From positions 1-64,000 of the IMG/VR virus record IMGVR_UViG_3300032213_001373: a stretch of 64,000 bases of DNA; one strand, written 5' to 3'. The DNA comes from a virus. Below the pieces are notes generated by a model. That model was not told where the DNA came from. It ran no database searches and worked only from the letters and a program-made list of their open reading frames with translations. Positions 44,474 to 53,845 of this stretch are shown one piece after another. A program made the translations under genes and the position numbers. Within the stretch, counting starts at the first letter, position 1; every line of letters starts with the position of its first letter.

Positions 44474-45637
44474 TTATCCTCCAAGAACAACAAGTTCCCT
44501 TCGAGGATCGATACCTTCACCAACAACTAAGGAAACGATTCCCGGTTGGCTTTCAAGACCAGACTTATCACGGAACCAAGCTGAACCATTATCCATTGCT
44601 GGATTCTGAATAAACAATCTAGGTCCAACACTCTGTGCATGGTAGTGGTGGTAGTGACCTACGTTAAGGATGTCAGCCTGAGCAACGGAGCAACGTCCCA
44701 TGGCTTGACCTCCCCACCACTTAATTAGATCACGGGCTTGATGACCGTGAGCCATACCATAAAGAGTCCCACTTAGATTAACAGCAAGCGTGCTGTCATC
44801 TGCGGCTGGATACCTAAACTCAACGCGATCACGTAAGAAGTCATTCTCTTTACATATATCTTCTACCTGTGCAACTACATCGATTTGCCAGGAATCTTCT
44901 GGTCGTCCTACTAAGAAACGTTGTACCTCATCGTGGTTACCTGGAACAACAGGTACAATGATATTTCCAAACGGTGCTAATGCTTTGATCTGAGCCAACA
45001 ACATACGACGACCAACACGTACCTGCTCTGATACGCCAATGTCATGGCGACCCATTACCTTACCCTTTTGACTCGTCATACCTTCAATGCAATCACCTAG
45101 TTGAGGTAAAGCAATCTGAGCAATAGGGTATTTCTTAGCTAAATATTTATGGTGATCTACAGCTGCGTCGAATGAACGAAGTACACGATCAATAATGGCA
45201 GGAGTGTCATCCTTACCGTACTGAGTATCTCCCATGCTGTACACAGCAGTTAGATCTCCCGATACTTCAAGAACCTTTCCAGGCTTCCACTTTGTAATAC
45301 CATCAAGTAGCTGCTCAAGATCATAATCCTTTGCGTTCTCTGGCTTTACTGGCACTACGTTTACACGAAACGACTCAAGCCAATCACCATTAAATGTTTG
45401 CCAACGTGAACGACGATGTGAAACAACAGCCCACTCTTCTGGATTTAGGTTTGCTTCACGCAGGATGTCTTCTGCACCAGGAGTGTTTCCATCTGGTCGT
45501 GGAGTAGACACAACAAATCCACCGTCAGTTCCAATTTCAGAACGTGGACGCCATGCATCTGGAATGCTTTTATTTACCTTATCTGAACCTTGGTTACTTG
45601 TTTGAATTATTGAATCATAGTCATCTGCTAAGGACAT
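44474..45637 (-). CDS. Calcineurin-like metallophosphoesterase (Mre11/SbcD-like)
   Basis: GDTQ.G, LGDCIEG, PGNHD, AHGH, GHYHH. Confidence 0.85.
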   Translation of the reverse strand: MSLADDYDSIIQTSNQGSDKVNKSIPDAWRPRSEIGTDGGFVVSTPRPDGNTPGAEDILREANLNPEEWAVVSHRRSRWQTFNGDWLESFRVNVVPVKPENAKDYDLEQLLDGITKWKPGKVLEVSGDLTAVYSMGDTQYGKDDTPAIIDRVLRSFDAAVDHHKYLAKKYPIAQIALPQLGDCIEGMTSQKGKVMGRHDIGVSEQVRVGRRMLLAQIKALAPFGNIIVPVVPGNHDEVQRFLVGRPEDSWQIDVVAQVEDICKENDFLRDRVEFRYPAADDSTLAVNLSGTLYGMAHGHQARDLIKWWGGQAMGRCSVAQADILNVGHYHHYHAQSVGPRLFIQNPAMDNGSAWFRDKSGLESQPGIVSLVVGEGIDPRRELVVLGG

Positions 45638-45861
45638 CCACATTCTCCGTTTCGGTGAGTTAATAAGGATGTCAAACCGAATGACGCCCCAGCTTTTTGG
45701 TATAACTTAAAGAGACTTCTAGTTGAGAAGTCTACGTCATTTAAGGAAGTATCAAATGCAGTTCTATCTGTTTCAGAAAGGGTTGCAGCCCATTGGCCAA
45801 CAACACAATGGCCACTTAACTTTGTATGCTCTTTAGCTTCGGCATATAAATTATCTAACAT
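45628..45861 (-). CDS. Hypothetical protein
   Basis: 77 aa, C...HR..ECGC. Confidence 0.75.
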   Translation of the reverse strand: MLDNLYAEAKEHTKLSGHCVVGQWAATLSETDRTAFDTSLNDVDFSTRSLFKLYQKAGASFGLTSLLTHRNGECGCP

Positions 45862-45892
45862 ATTTGCTCCGTATGTCTTAGTCCGATGTATA

Positions 45893-45918
45893 AGCCGGGC
45901 CCGTTAAGGCCCGGCTCT
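45893..45918 (-). terminator. Hairpin / weak terminator
   Basis: AGCCGGGCC-CGTTAA-GGCCCGGCT. Confidence 0.5.
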
Positions 45919-45930
45919 TATACTACACTA

Positions 45931-46284
45931 TTAGTAAGAAGCAGATGCTCCACCATCAAAATTTGGACGACTGCGATAAACAGCTGTCTTGACGATGTTT
46001 CCATTAGCCTGTGTAAAACCTGCTGATGGATCTGTCTGCTTTGTATAACGAGCTGTCAATGGACGGTAAGCTGCGCCATTACGTTCTGCCTGTGATGGCA
46101 TTGCGTTCTCACGATTTACCTTTGTGCCAGCTCCTGTTGGGTCGCCCGCCTTTGCGTTGCCTTTCTTTGGCATAAGTTTGCCAGCCTTTACACCTGCGGT
46201 AGAGAACTTAATTCCGTCCTTACCCATAGGTGTGCGGCCTTGCTTAGCCATTCCAGCCAACGCTTCAGATGTTACGTCTGCCAT
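45931..46284 (-). CDS. Basic hypothetical protein
   Basis: 117 aa. Confidence 0.7.
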   Translation of the reverse strand: MADVTSEALAGMAKQGRTPMGKDGIKFSTAGVKAGKLMPKKGNAKAGDPTGAGTKVNRENAMPSQAERNGAAYRPLTARYTKQTDPSAGFTQANGNIVKTAVYRSRPNFDGGASASY

Positions 46285-46325
46285 GTTAGTCCTAACTTTA
46301 AGAGATCTCTTAAACTAAGAATACC

Positions 46326-46607
46326 TTAGTTCACTTCTACAGTAAAGACTATTGCTGAAATTTGTCCGTCCCGAGAGTCCACGGTAGTGAAACCTGGACG
46401 GCAAGTTAGGTCTAATCCTCTAGGGGCTACGTAGCCTCTAGCTATAGCAATTGCTTTTACTGCCTGGTTTACTGCTGATGCACCTACCGCTCTAATCTTC
46501 ACCTGTGGTGCTTCATAGAGTGCGTGGGCAATAGCGGAACCAACCGACTGGGCATTCGATCCGGCGCTTACACGCAGGAACTTCTCATCTAGTTCTTTAT
46601 CTATCAC
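46326..46607 (-). CDS. spoVS: SpoVS-family protein
   Basis: LRVSA.SN..SV..AIA, A.GA.AVNQAVKAIAIARGYVAP.G.DL.C.P.F. Confidence 0.92.
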   Translation of the reverse strand: MIDKELDEKFLRVSAGSNAQSVGSAIAHALYEAPQVKIRAVGASAVNQAVKAIAIARGYVAPRGLDLTCRPGFTTVDSRDGQISAIVFTVEVN

Positions 46608-46665
46608 GTTTTGTAGTCCTTCAGTTGTCGAGTTGTTCGCCCCCTGATGGAAAACGGTACGTGAT

Positions 46666-47016
46666 TTAAGAGGATCCGTCAGCGTATCCAGCCTCTTTTA
46701 ATAGGTTTACAAAGTCTTCTAGACGTAGCATGACCGGCCATTCCCCGATATTAGCCTCTCCTTGGCCATTAAGACGTAGGACAGCTACAGGCAAATCTTT
46801 ACCGTTATGACGTTCCTTGAGCTGTTTTATAGCTGCACTGGGGTTGAAGTCTCTACGAGCCTTTACTTCCCAATCAATGCCTATAGTTCCAGTAACGTCT
46901 GTGCCAGACCTACCCGCCCCAGCTGACTCTGCATAGATCCAGCCGTGCTTAACTAAGAACTCAGCCAAAATCTTTTGAGATTTGTAGCCACGATGCTTCC
47001 TACTTTGAGATGGCAT
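46666..47016 (-). CDS. Holliday-junction resolvase (PD-(D/E)XK)
   Basis: RKHRG...Q, GTDV, WEVKAR. Confidence 0.75.
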   Translation of the reverse strand: MPSQSRKHRGYKSQKILAEFLVKHGWIYAESAGAGRSGTDVTGTIGIDWEVKARRDFNPSAAIKQLKERHNGKDLPVAVLRLNGQGEANIGEWPVMLRLEDFVNLLKEAGYADGSS

Positions 47017-47620
47017 TACTCATCCTAGTCTGAATCAAAAGAGTTAGATCTTCAATTGTCCCGTTGTTAACAAAGATTTGATCAACCTTGTAATCATCTA
47101 GTTCGTGCTCTGAAACATGAGAGTTAACTGCTTCTACACCTAAACGCTTTATACGCCAGATCTGACCGCCTAACGAATGGACGGTCTCAGCTTCATTCTT
47201 AAATCGAACGTCTGTAATAACTAACTTATGATTACCGCCTACTACTGGATGTTCGGCAAGGTATGGCTTCAGAGCTTGGTTCACCCAAAAATCTTCACCA
47301 AACATATTACGTGCAGCTACACCGACATCCTGCAAAATGCGACGAACCTGTGGTTCTTGCTTAGCGTTATCCCAACCAACAAGGTTTACAAGATCTTTAA
47401 GATAACCTGTAGGGCTGCATGCAACCATTGGGTTAACTTCATAGATAAAGTTTCTAATGGTGTCGGCAAAAGCAACACGACGATAGCCATATCGCTCTAC
47501 TAAAATAGATGCGACTGTGTCCTTGCCAGACTGAGCGTAACCGGTAAGCCCGATAATTTTATACTCTGAATGAATGCCCAGCTCTTCATCAGTAAACATA
47601 GACATCTGTTCCCAGGTCAT
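47000..47620 (-). CDS. Deoxynucleoside monophosphate kinase
   Basis: GLTGYAQSGKDT, AFAD, RRILQ..G, ITDVRF.NE, HVSE. Confidence 0.9.
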   Translation of the reverse strand: MTWEQMSMFTDEELGIHSEYKIIGLTGYAQSGKDTVASILVERYGYRRVAFADTIRNFIYEVNPMVACSPTGYLKDLVNLVGWDNAKQEPQVRRILQDVGVAARNMFGEDFWVNQALKPYLAEHPVVGGNHKLVITDVRFKNEAETVHSLGGQIWRIKRLGVEAVNSHVSEHELDDYKVDQIFVNNGTIEDLTLLIQTRMSNAISK

Positions 47621-48120
47621 GGTGTCAACCACACACTTCTACCTGCAGCCTTGTTAATGTTAACTCGACGTGTGATCTCACGGTTGATAAGAGAGATGTC
47701 TTTAGATAGGCGTTCGGAAATAATCTGAATCAAACCATGGTAATTAGACAGCTCTTGAAATGAGTCTGCCTTACTACGATAGTCAGGATCTACTTCAATC
47801 TCAGCGTCCATCATGGCCACTGCTACTCCGGTGGTCTTTAGGGATAATTTTTTTCTAGCCCGAACTAAAGCAACCTGCTTGTCGGCCTCTGCTTTGTCTA
47901 CCTCTGCACACCAAAGCTGTAGGTTAATAAACTCTAAGTAAGCTACATACTTTGTGTACAGATCCATAACCTGCTCTTCTGACATACCTGTGATGTCAGC
48001 TGGTAGGGATGGAGCATCATAACCATAGTACTGGTTAACATCCATACCCTGCTGTTGAAGAGCACTAATAGTTTTACTACTAGCCTCAGCAACTTTCAAC
48101 TCAATAGGACTCATACTCAC
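47617..48120 (-). CDS. Helical hypothetical protein (possible recombination mediator)
   Basis: 167-aa coiled coil in recombination cluster. Confidence 0.65.
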   Translation of the reverse strand: MSMSPIELKVAEASSKTISALQQQGMDVNQYYGYDAPSLPADITGMSEEQVMDLYTKYVAYLEFINLQLWCAEVDKAEADKQVALVRARKKLSLKTTGVAVAMMDAEIEVDPDYRSKADSFQELSNYHGLIQIISERLSKDISLINREITRRVNINKAAGRSVWLTP

Positions 48121-48284
48121 GCCTCCACGTTCTCTTTAGCCCAGTCAATCCATTCAAAAATTAAATCGTCAACCTTAATAGTGTCAGCAAATCCGTTTTC
48201 CTGTAGATGCTCAAGAAAATCGTCGTCTCCTACTAAAACTGGAAGGTCAAGCCCTACCTCTAAGAATCCTGGATACTTGGTCAT
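48117..48284 (-). CDS. 55-aa acidic microprotein
   Basis: Hand-read MTKYPGFLEVGLDLPVLVGDDDFLEHLQENGF...; 4-nt overlaps on both sides. Confidence 0.65.
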   Translation of the reverse strand: MTKYPGFLEVGLDLPVLVGDDDFLEHLQENGFADTIKVDDLIFEWIDWAKENVEA

Positions 48285-48451
48285 TGTCCGCCCCATCCCC
48301 CACCTTTAAGGTGGATACCAAAGTTTGAAAACTGTCTGAAGGCTTCTCCTCCACACTCACACATTACAGCAGGTGCAGGTCCATCAGCAATAGGGAAAAA
48401 GCTTTCGCTTGTCTCTTGACACACCGAACACTTGTACTCATAGTTAGGCAT
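48281..48451 (-). CDS. FmdB-family zinc ribbon protein
   Basis: MP.YEYKC..C...C.CGG...R...I..KG.GW. Confidence 0.85.
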   Translation of the reverse strand: MPNYEYKCSVCQETSESFFPIADGPAPAVMCECGGEAFRQFSNFGIHLKGGGWGGQ

Positions 48452-49313
48452 TATCTTCTCCTCTGTATGGCTCACACCGCTTACATCCAGCCACTGAATC
48501 AATACTACACATAGGTGGGCGGTTGTTGTCAACTGCCCAGACTACATCTAAAGCCTTGTCAAAAATGTCAGCTACAAACTCTGGGTTGTACTGTACAACA
48601 AACTCTTTATAATCTTGGTTAGCTTTAAGCTCATAGATAAATACAATCTCTTTTGGAGCTGACTCAAGCAAACCTTCCTCAACCATTAGGTGAGCTAGGT
48701 GAAGGTACATCTGACCTTGCAACTGGTGAGCTCGGAAAGGTTGCTTAACATTACGCCAAGCTTTTTCTAGATCCCCATCAGCCTGCGCCAAGATTGCAGG
48801 TGCTTCAAAACGAAGTGTTCCTGTACCTATAGATTTAATTTCAATAAGGCAGTCATCGCCTAGGCCTTTGATCCAACCATCAGCGTGTCCGCTAATCCTA
48901 TGCTTGGCACTACGTAAAGGTACTTCTGCATAGTCAACACTTGGGTGGATATCTTTAGACACACCCCAGCTTGTTCCAGTCTTATCCCTCCACATACCGT
49001 AGAGAATTCCCATGTCTCTAAACCATCCCTGCCATTTAGCGTGGATAGCGTGACCCTCTGCAAAGATAGATACCTGTCGCAGAGTTAACTTCTCTCGAGT
49101 TTCTACATAGTTACCACGAAGGGCATGGTAAGAAGCCAGAGCACACCACTCGGGCTTAATAAGATCAGATGGATGCAGCACATCCTGGCTACGCTCATCA
49201 AAAGGTTGGGACAACGTGTAACGCTCAAGAGAGCCCATCAATCTAGACTCCCGCTTAGAAGCATTAAGAAACGCTTTAAGTTCCTTGCTAGCTACTGTCT
49301 TTGGCTTTCCCAT
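48444..49313 (-). CDS. Cas4-like / PD-(D/E)XK exonuclease
   Basis: HPS...WC, G.AIH, GHADG, IEIKS, Q...Y, C-terminal C...C..C. Confidence 0.82.
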   Translation of the reverse strand: MGKPKTVASKELKAFLNASKRESRLMGSLERYTLSQPFDERSQDVLHPSDLIKPEWCALASYHALRGNYVETREKLTLRQVSIFAEGHAIHAKWQGWFRDMGILYGMWRDKTGTSWGVSKDIHPSVDYAEVPLRSAKHRISGHADGWIKGLGDDCLIEIKSIGTGTLRFEAPAILAQADGDLEKAWRNVKQPFRAHQLQGQMYLHLAHLMVEEGLLESAPKEIVFIYELKANQDYKEFVVQYNPEFVADIFDKALDVVWAVDNNRPPMCSIDSVAGCKRCEPYRGEDNA

Positions 49314-49632
49314 ACTTACCCTCCGAGTTTATCCATTCGTCCAAGGTCAATCCTTTGGCCTTGTATCTGCGCTGTGCTGCATTTCTTTCTCGATGGGACA
49401 TACCACCAAATATTCCATGCAGCTCGTCATTCATGATAGCTTCTTTCAAACACTCTTTGCGTACAGGGCAGGGAGGTCGACCGTCCTTGCCCCAACAAAT
49501 AGCTTTTGCTTGATCTGCTATCGGCTTATATAAAGTTTTGTCTCTTGGCGGGAAAAATATTTCCGTATCTTCCCCTCGGCACTTTGCCTTATAACGCCAA
49601 GCCCAAGACGCTTCGTCCTGGTAATCGTCCAT
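49288..49632 (-). CDS. whiB: WhiB-family transcription factor (copy 1)
   Basis: W...A.C...D..IFFP, AKAIC...CPV...CL..A, GIFGGMS.RER. Confidence 0.92.
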   Translation of the reverse strand: MDDYQDEASWAWRYKAKCRGEDTEIFFPPRDKTLYKPIADQAKAICWGKDGRPPCPVRKECLKEAIMNDELHGIFGGMSHRERNAAQRRYKAKGLTLDEWINSEGKYGKAKDSS

Positions 49633-49953
49633 TCATTCACCTCTAATTGAGTTACGAAGTTCAAAAAAATCTTCCTCCAAAAGAACTACATAATTCTCAC
49701 CGTCAAGATGAAGCCCTAGCACCGGTGTCCGGCTATCTAGTATTGCTTCGGTTGTGATCTTCTTCAAGACTTCTGACTTGATAGTAACTGACTTCTTGCC
49801 AGTCCACTTATGCTCAATCAAAAGCTCGTCGTTTCTCACGTCGCCCTTGCGAGACCAGAAAGCTCCAGAAGCAGCAGTGCGTTTGCCGTTGATCTTCTTT
49901 TCTAATCGCTTCTCATGCTTAAGCGATTCTTTCTGACCTTCACTCTTCATCAA
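49633..49953 (-). CDS. PD-(D/E)XK nuclease / resolvase-like protein
   Basis: HE.RL, ASGA...KGDV, LIEHK.T. Confidence 0.75.
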   Translation of the reverse strand: MMKSEGQKESLKHEKRLEKKINGKRTAASGAFWSRKGDVRNDELLIEHKWTGKKSVTIKSEVLKKITTEAILDSRTPVLGLHLDGENYVVLLEEDFFELRNSIRGE

Positions 49954-50989
49954 GAACCAGTACAGGTTGAGCTTTGATAGTGCTCATCACTGCCTTGCTG
50001 ATCTCCTCACGGAGGTCGACTTCTTCTCGAAGAGAGTCAATAAGGGCTGGTGCGCCTTGCCACTTACGATCACCATAATACATCCATCCGCCACGTCTAT
50101 CGACGATGCCGTTCAAAATGCTTAGGGCAACGATTTCCTTGCCAGTATCGTATTGACCTGCATCAATTGGGCCACCATCTGCAAAGTAAAAGTCCATATA
50201 AGCAGTCTGCTGAGGTGGGAAGGTCTTGTTCTTTACTGTGCGAACACGGATAGTCTGTCCCACACGGCGCTTCTCCTGACCAGTACCTACCTCTAGCCAG
50301 TCATCACGCTTTACCTCGCAACGAATTGCGTAGGCATAATCCTTACCCAAACCACCTGGAGTAGTACGAGGATCTCCGTGAATAACGCCGATCTTCATAC
50401 GATACTGATTGATCATAATTCCAAGGACTGGTCGTTCCGATTCGATGAGGTCTCGCTTGGTAGCTGACGCCACTTTTCTAAAGAACTTATTGGTAATAAG
50501 TGCGCCACGACCCACAGTAAATTCTTCCATATGCTTTTCATCTTCTGCGCTAGGAACCAAGGCAGGAAGGGAATCAATAACAACCATGTCCACAGCTTTG
50601 CTCTCCATAAATTGAATGACCGAATCAAATGCATCCTCCATGCTATTAGTCTCTACAAGAAGAACTCTGCTGGTATCTACCCCGCAAAATTCTGCGTACT
50701 TAGAATCAAAATCTTCTGCAGCAATCCATACTGCTGTAAACTCTGGGTTAATCTTTTGATTAGCTGCAATAGTCTTTAGAGCAATTGCAGTCTTACCATG
50801 AGACGCTTCACCCATAAGCTCTACCCAACGGTTCATAGGCCAACCTCCACCAAGAACCACATCAAGTGTTAAAGACCCTGTTGTAATGCGTTGTGGAATA
50901 TGTGTATCTCCGGCGAGCACAACAGTATTAGCACCAAGCTTCTTATTAATTCCTGCTGCAATCTTTAATGCCTCTGCGTTTAATGCCAT
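49940..50989 (-). CDS. recA: RecA/UvsX recombinase
   Basis: TTGSL.LD..LGGG.P, GEASHGKT, VIDSL.ALVP, INQ.R.KIG...GDP.TTPGG, KNKT.PP. Confidence 0.95.
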   Translation of the reverse strand: MALNAEALKIAAGINKKLGANTVVLAGDTHIPQRITTGSLTLDVVLGGGWPMNRWVELMGEASHGKTAIALKTIAANQKINPEFTAVWIAAEDFDSKYAEFCGVDTSRVLLVETNSMEDAFDSVIQFMESKAVDMVVIDSLPALVPSAEDEKHMEEFTVGRGALITNKFFRKVASATKRDLIESERPVLGIMINQYRMKIGVIHGDPRTTPGGLGKDYAYAIRCEVKRDDWLEVGTGQEKRRVGQTIRVRTVKNKTFPPQQTAYMDFYFADGGPIDAGQYDTGKEIVALSILNGIVDRRGGWMYYGDRKWQGAPALIDSLREEVDLREEISKAVMSTIKAQPVLVLDEE

Positions 50990-50994
50990 TGTAA

Positions 50995-51381
50995 TTAACC
51001 TAACCTATCTACGATTACATTTGGATTGAATCCTCCGCCTTGTGACGGCTGACGTGCTGCAATCGGTGCCCCACCTTGTCCGGTACCACCGACACCTGTT
51101 CCAGCTTGAACAATTGGATAACCGCAATCATAACAACGTTTGCGCTGCGTACCAACTGGAGCCATGTAATTGCCAGACATACATCCTGGACAACGTTCCT
51201 GGTCTCTAGCACTTTGAGCACGTGTAACTAACTGATCTTGGTTTGGATCATAAGATACTTGTACGTTAGGTGCTTGCTGTGGCGGTCGGTATACGTTTCC
51301 TTGAGGCGGTGTAGTAGGGGGAGTATTTGGAAGAGGTCCATTTGCTCCAAGTTTGTTAGCCCACCAATTACTGTTACTCAT
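50995..51381 (-). CDS. Pro/Gln-rich zinc-ribbon protein
   Basis: ATG 51381 after GGAGG; CPGC...RCYDCGYP. Confidence 0.75.
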   Translation of the reverse strand: MSNSNWWANKLGANGPLPNTPPTTPPQGNVYRPPQQAPNVQVSYDPNQDQLVTRAQSARDQERCPGCMSGNYMAPVGTQRKRCYDCGYPIVQAGTGVGGTGQGGAPIAARQPSQGGGFNPNVIVDRLG

Positions 51382-51793
51382 CGTAATCCTCCACGACATT
51401 AGATTCAATTAACCCTAAACTAAATAATGTAGAAACGCAAGATACAGATGATGCAAGAGAGACAAGTCTGAACAATTCCAGCAGCTGCTCTACTTTTTCA
51501 TCTGGGAGGTCATTAAAGTCCTCGTCATCAATGATGTATGCAGCTGAGGCAATACGTGCAGAGATGTCAGCATGTGCATCGATAAACGGTAGGAGAGCAG
51601 CCATACGAGTCAGGCGATCCTGACTTGCACGCTCTTCCATCTCAGAAACTTCTTCTGATACCGGTGGCAAACCCATGTGTGCTGCAATCTCTTCTGCTGG
51701 CATCATCATTGAATCATAAATGACCTGACGAATAAGGACAGGAAGAGGTACCTGTTGTACCAAGACTTTCTTTTTACGTCTGAACAAATTCAC
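51374..51793 (-). CDS. Hypothetical protein
   Basis: GTG overlapping the polymerase stop. Confidence 0.7.
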   Translation of the reverse strand: MNLFRRKKKVLVQQVPLPVLIRQVIYDSMMMPAEEIAAHMGLPPVSEEVSEMEERASQDRLTRMAALLPFIDAHADISARIASAAYIIDDEDFNDLPDEKVEQLLELFRLVSLASSVSCVSTLFSLGLIESNVVEDYDE

Positions 51794-53766
51794 TTTGCTT
51801 CTCCCCATCGTTGTACCACCTTTACATCTGCAATCATTGGAATGGATAAGGCTTTGATGCCTTCCATAGCCTGACGAATTGCTTCGGCTGTATCCTCAGC
51901 AAGATGATCAGGAGTTACTGTCACCAGTTCATCGTGTACCGTAAGAATCAAACTTGATTCGTTAGGGATCATCTTATGTGCCCTAATCATAGCAAGTTTA
52001 ATGAGGTCTGCTGCCGACCCTTGGATAACGGTATTGAATGCCTGACGTTCTGCCCTGGAACGCTTCCAGACCTCACTAGAACGAAGCTCCGGTAGGTAAC
52101 GTCGCCTGTTCATGTAGGTAGAGGCATACGGTATAGGGGCATGCCGACGGCTCTCTGCAATCACCTGCTTCTTATAGCGGGCAACGGCAGGAAACTTATG
52201 TAAGAAGTCGTCTAGAAGAGTTCTTGCCTCAGCAACAGTAACGCCAATAGAGTCTGCAATTTTATCTGGACCAACGCCGTACATCATTGCCAATACCAAA
52301 GTCTTGGCTGCGCTACGGTCTACACCTACCGTGTTTCCAATGGTTGTATAGATATCTTCTCCGGCCAGATAAGAGCTACAGAGGATACGATCATTGCTAA
52401 AGGATGCCAAAACTCTAGGCTCAATCTGAGAGTAGTCAGCTACAACTAACTTGTAACCTTCCGGAGCGGTGAACAGGTTTCGGATCGCTTTACCGTTAGG
52501 TGTGCGTGGGTTAGGAACATTCTGAAGGTTTGGATTACGACTAGAAAAACGCCCTGTCTCAGCGCCGTACTGTACAAAGTCAGTATGAATACGACCATTC
52601 AATAGTAAGCTTTTCTTAGCCACAATCTTTGATTTACCTGCAAGAGTTCTAGTGATGTCACCACCAAGATATGGGATCACATATGTAGTAAGCAGCTTAT
52701 TAAGATCTGAATAAGCAATCAAACCATCTACTAAAGCATCTTTACCAGCAAATGCTTGAAGAGCTGGTTCTGATACTGAGTAGTCTGAGACAGAAGAGAG
52801 TTGACCCTCCTCAGCCCTCTTCTGCCCAGCTGGGGTAAGGACCTTAGGCCGAAGCCCACGTCCCCCATCCTTCTTCAATGAGAATAATAATTTCTGCTTC
52901 TCTGGAACACTATTAATATTAAAAGCTTTTCCTGCAATCCGATAGATACTTGCCTTGGTAGTTTCCAGCTGCAGTTCTAGATCTGCTTTGAGGATCTCCA
53001 AGCGCTTAGTATCAATGTCAGCGCCACGTAGTTCCATAGAACAAATGACACTTAACACATCCATCTCAAGGTTAAAGATGCCACGCAACCCATCCTTATC
53101 AAGCTTGTCTGATAAGTGAAGCCAAAGCTTCCAAGTCCATTCAGCATCTAGGGCTGCGTAGGTAGCAACCTCTTCGAAAGAATACTTCTCTACTTCTTTA
53201 CCCACACCTTTGACCATGTGATACCCGAACTCACGTTGCAAGCAATCATCTAGACCAAGGTTGTTCCGGTCCTGTGTATTAATAATAAATGCAGCATTAA
53301 GGGTACAGGCGTATGGTTGAGCAGGGAGTCCACCCAAATACTTTGAAACGCTCTGTAGATCAAACTTAAGGTTGTGCCCAGCCTTTACCTTAGAACTGTT
53401 AAGTAAAGGCTTAAGAGCCTTAAATACTTCCGCCGGCGTTAGCTGTTCTGGCGCAGGGCCAAAGATTCGTGTGGACTTACGTTCGTCTTTACTGTAGTCG
53501 GTGGGGCGTAGTTCTAAGCCTTTTTCTAGACGAGCGTGAGCTGATGGTAGCAATGGGTACTCTGTGCGAAGGTACTCTCCATTGGGATGTCCCATAGGGA
53601 TAACGTCTACACGATCATATGTAGACATAGAGATCCAAGTAACAATGTTCTGTCGTGGATCTCCGCGATGGTCTCCAACTGTTTCTACGTCAAACGCAAA
53701 AGCATCTACTTTATCGTAGGCAGCAACAAGTTCTTCAAGTTGTTTGGTGGTCGTAACAATATTCAT
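51790..53766 (-). CDS. polA: DNA polymerase family A with 3'-5' exonuclease
   Basis: ATG 53766 after AGGAG; FDVET, HN.KFD, YAALDA, TGRFSS.NPNLQN, DYSQIE.R, R..AK, IQGSAAD, VHDEL. Confidence 0.96.
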   Translation of the reverse strand: MNIVTTTKQLEELVAAYDKVDAFAFDVETVGDHRGDPRQNIVTWISMSTYDRVDVIPMGHPNGEYLRTEYPLLPSAHARLEKGLELRPTDYSKDERKSTRIFGPAPEQLTPAEVFKALKPLLNSSKVKAGHNLKFDLQSVSKYLGGLPAQPYACTLNAAFIINTQDRNNLGLDDCLQREFGYHMVKGVGKEVEKYSFEEVATYAALDAEWTWKLWLHLSDKLDKDGLRGIFNLEMDVLSVICSMELRGADIDTKRLEILKADLELQLETTKASIYRIAGKAFNINSVPEKQKLLFSLKKDGGRGLRPKVLTPAGQKRAEEGQLSSVSDYSVSEPALQAFAGKDALVDGLIAYSDLNKLLTTYVIPYLGGDITRTLAGKSKIVAKKSLLLNGRIHTDFVQYGAETGRFSSRNPNLQNVPNPRTPNGKAIRNLFTAPEGYKLVVADYSQIEPRVLASFSNDRILCSSYLAGEDIYTTIGNTVGVDRSAAKTLVLAMMYGVGPDKIADSIGVTVAEARTLLDDFLHKFPAVARYKKQVIAESRRHAPIPYASTYMNRRRYLPELRSSEVWKRSRAERQAFNTVIQGSAADLIKLAMIRAHKMIPNESSLILTVHDELVTVTPDHLAEDTAEAIRQAMEGIKALSIPMIADVKVVQRWGEAK

Positions 53767-53787
53767 TATGCTCCTGATGATTAGGGA

Positions 53788-53833
53788 GCTGGGGGCCTGT
53801 AAGAGAAAGGAGGTAAAAGACCAGGCCCCCAGC
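53788..53833. promoter_or_regulatory. 12-bp hairpin whose minus-strand loop contains ACCTCCTTTCT
   Basis: GCTGGGGGCCTG / CAGGCCCCCAGC, between putative SSB and polA. Confidence 0.6.
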
Positions 53834-53845
53834 AACTATAGTGGG

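Noticed and set aside
48444-49313. Cas4-like gene as evidence of CRISPR-Cas
   Set aside because: Solo nuclease in a RecA recombination cluster; no cas1/cas2 or array in the window.
51790-53766. Intein or intron in polA, nrdJ, dnaB or terL
   Set aside because: Lengths are ordinary and motifs are contiguous; no splice-junction signatures seen.
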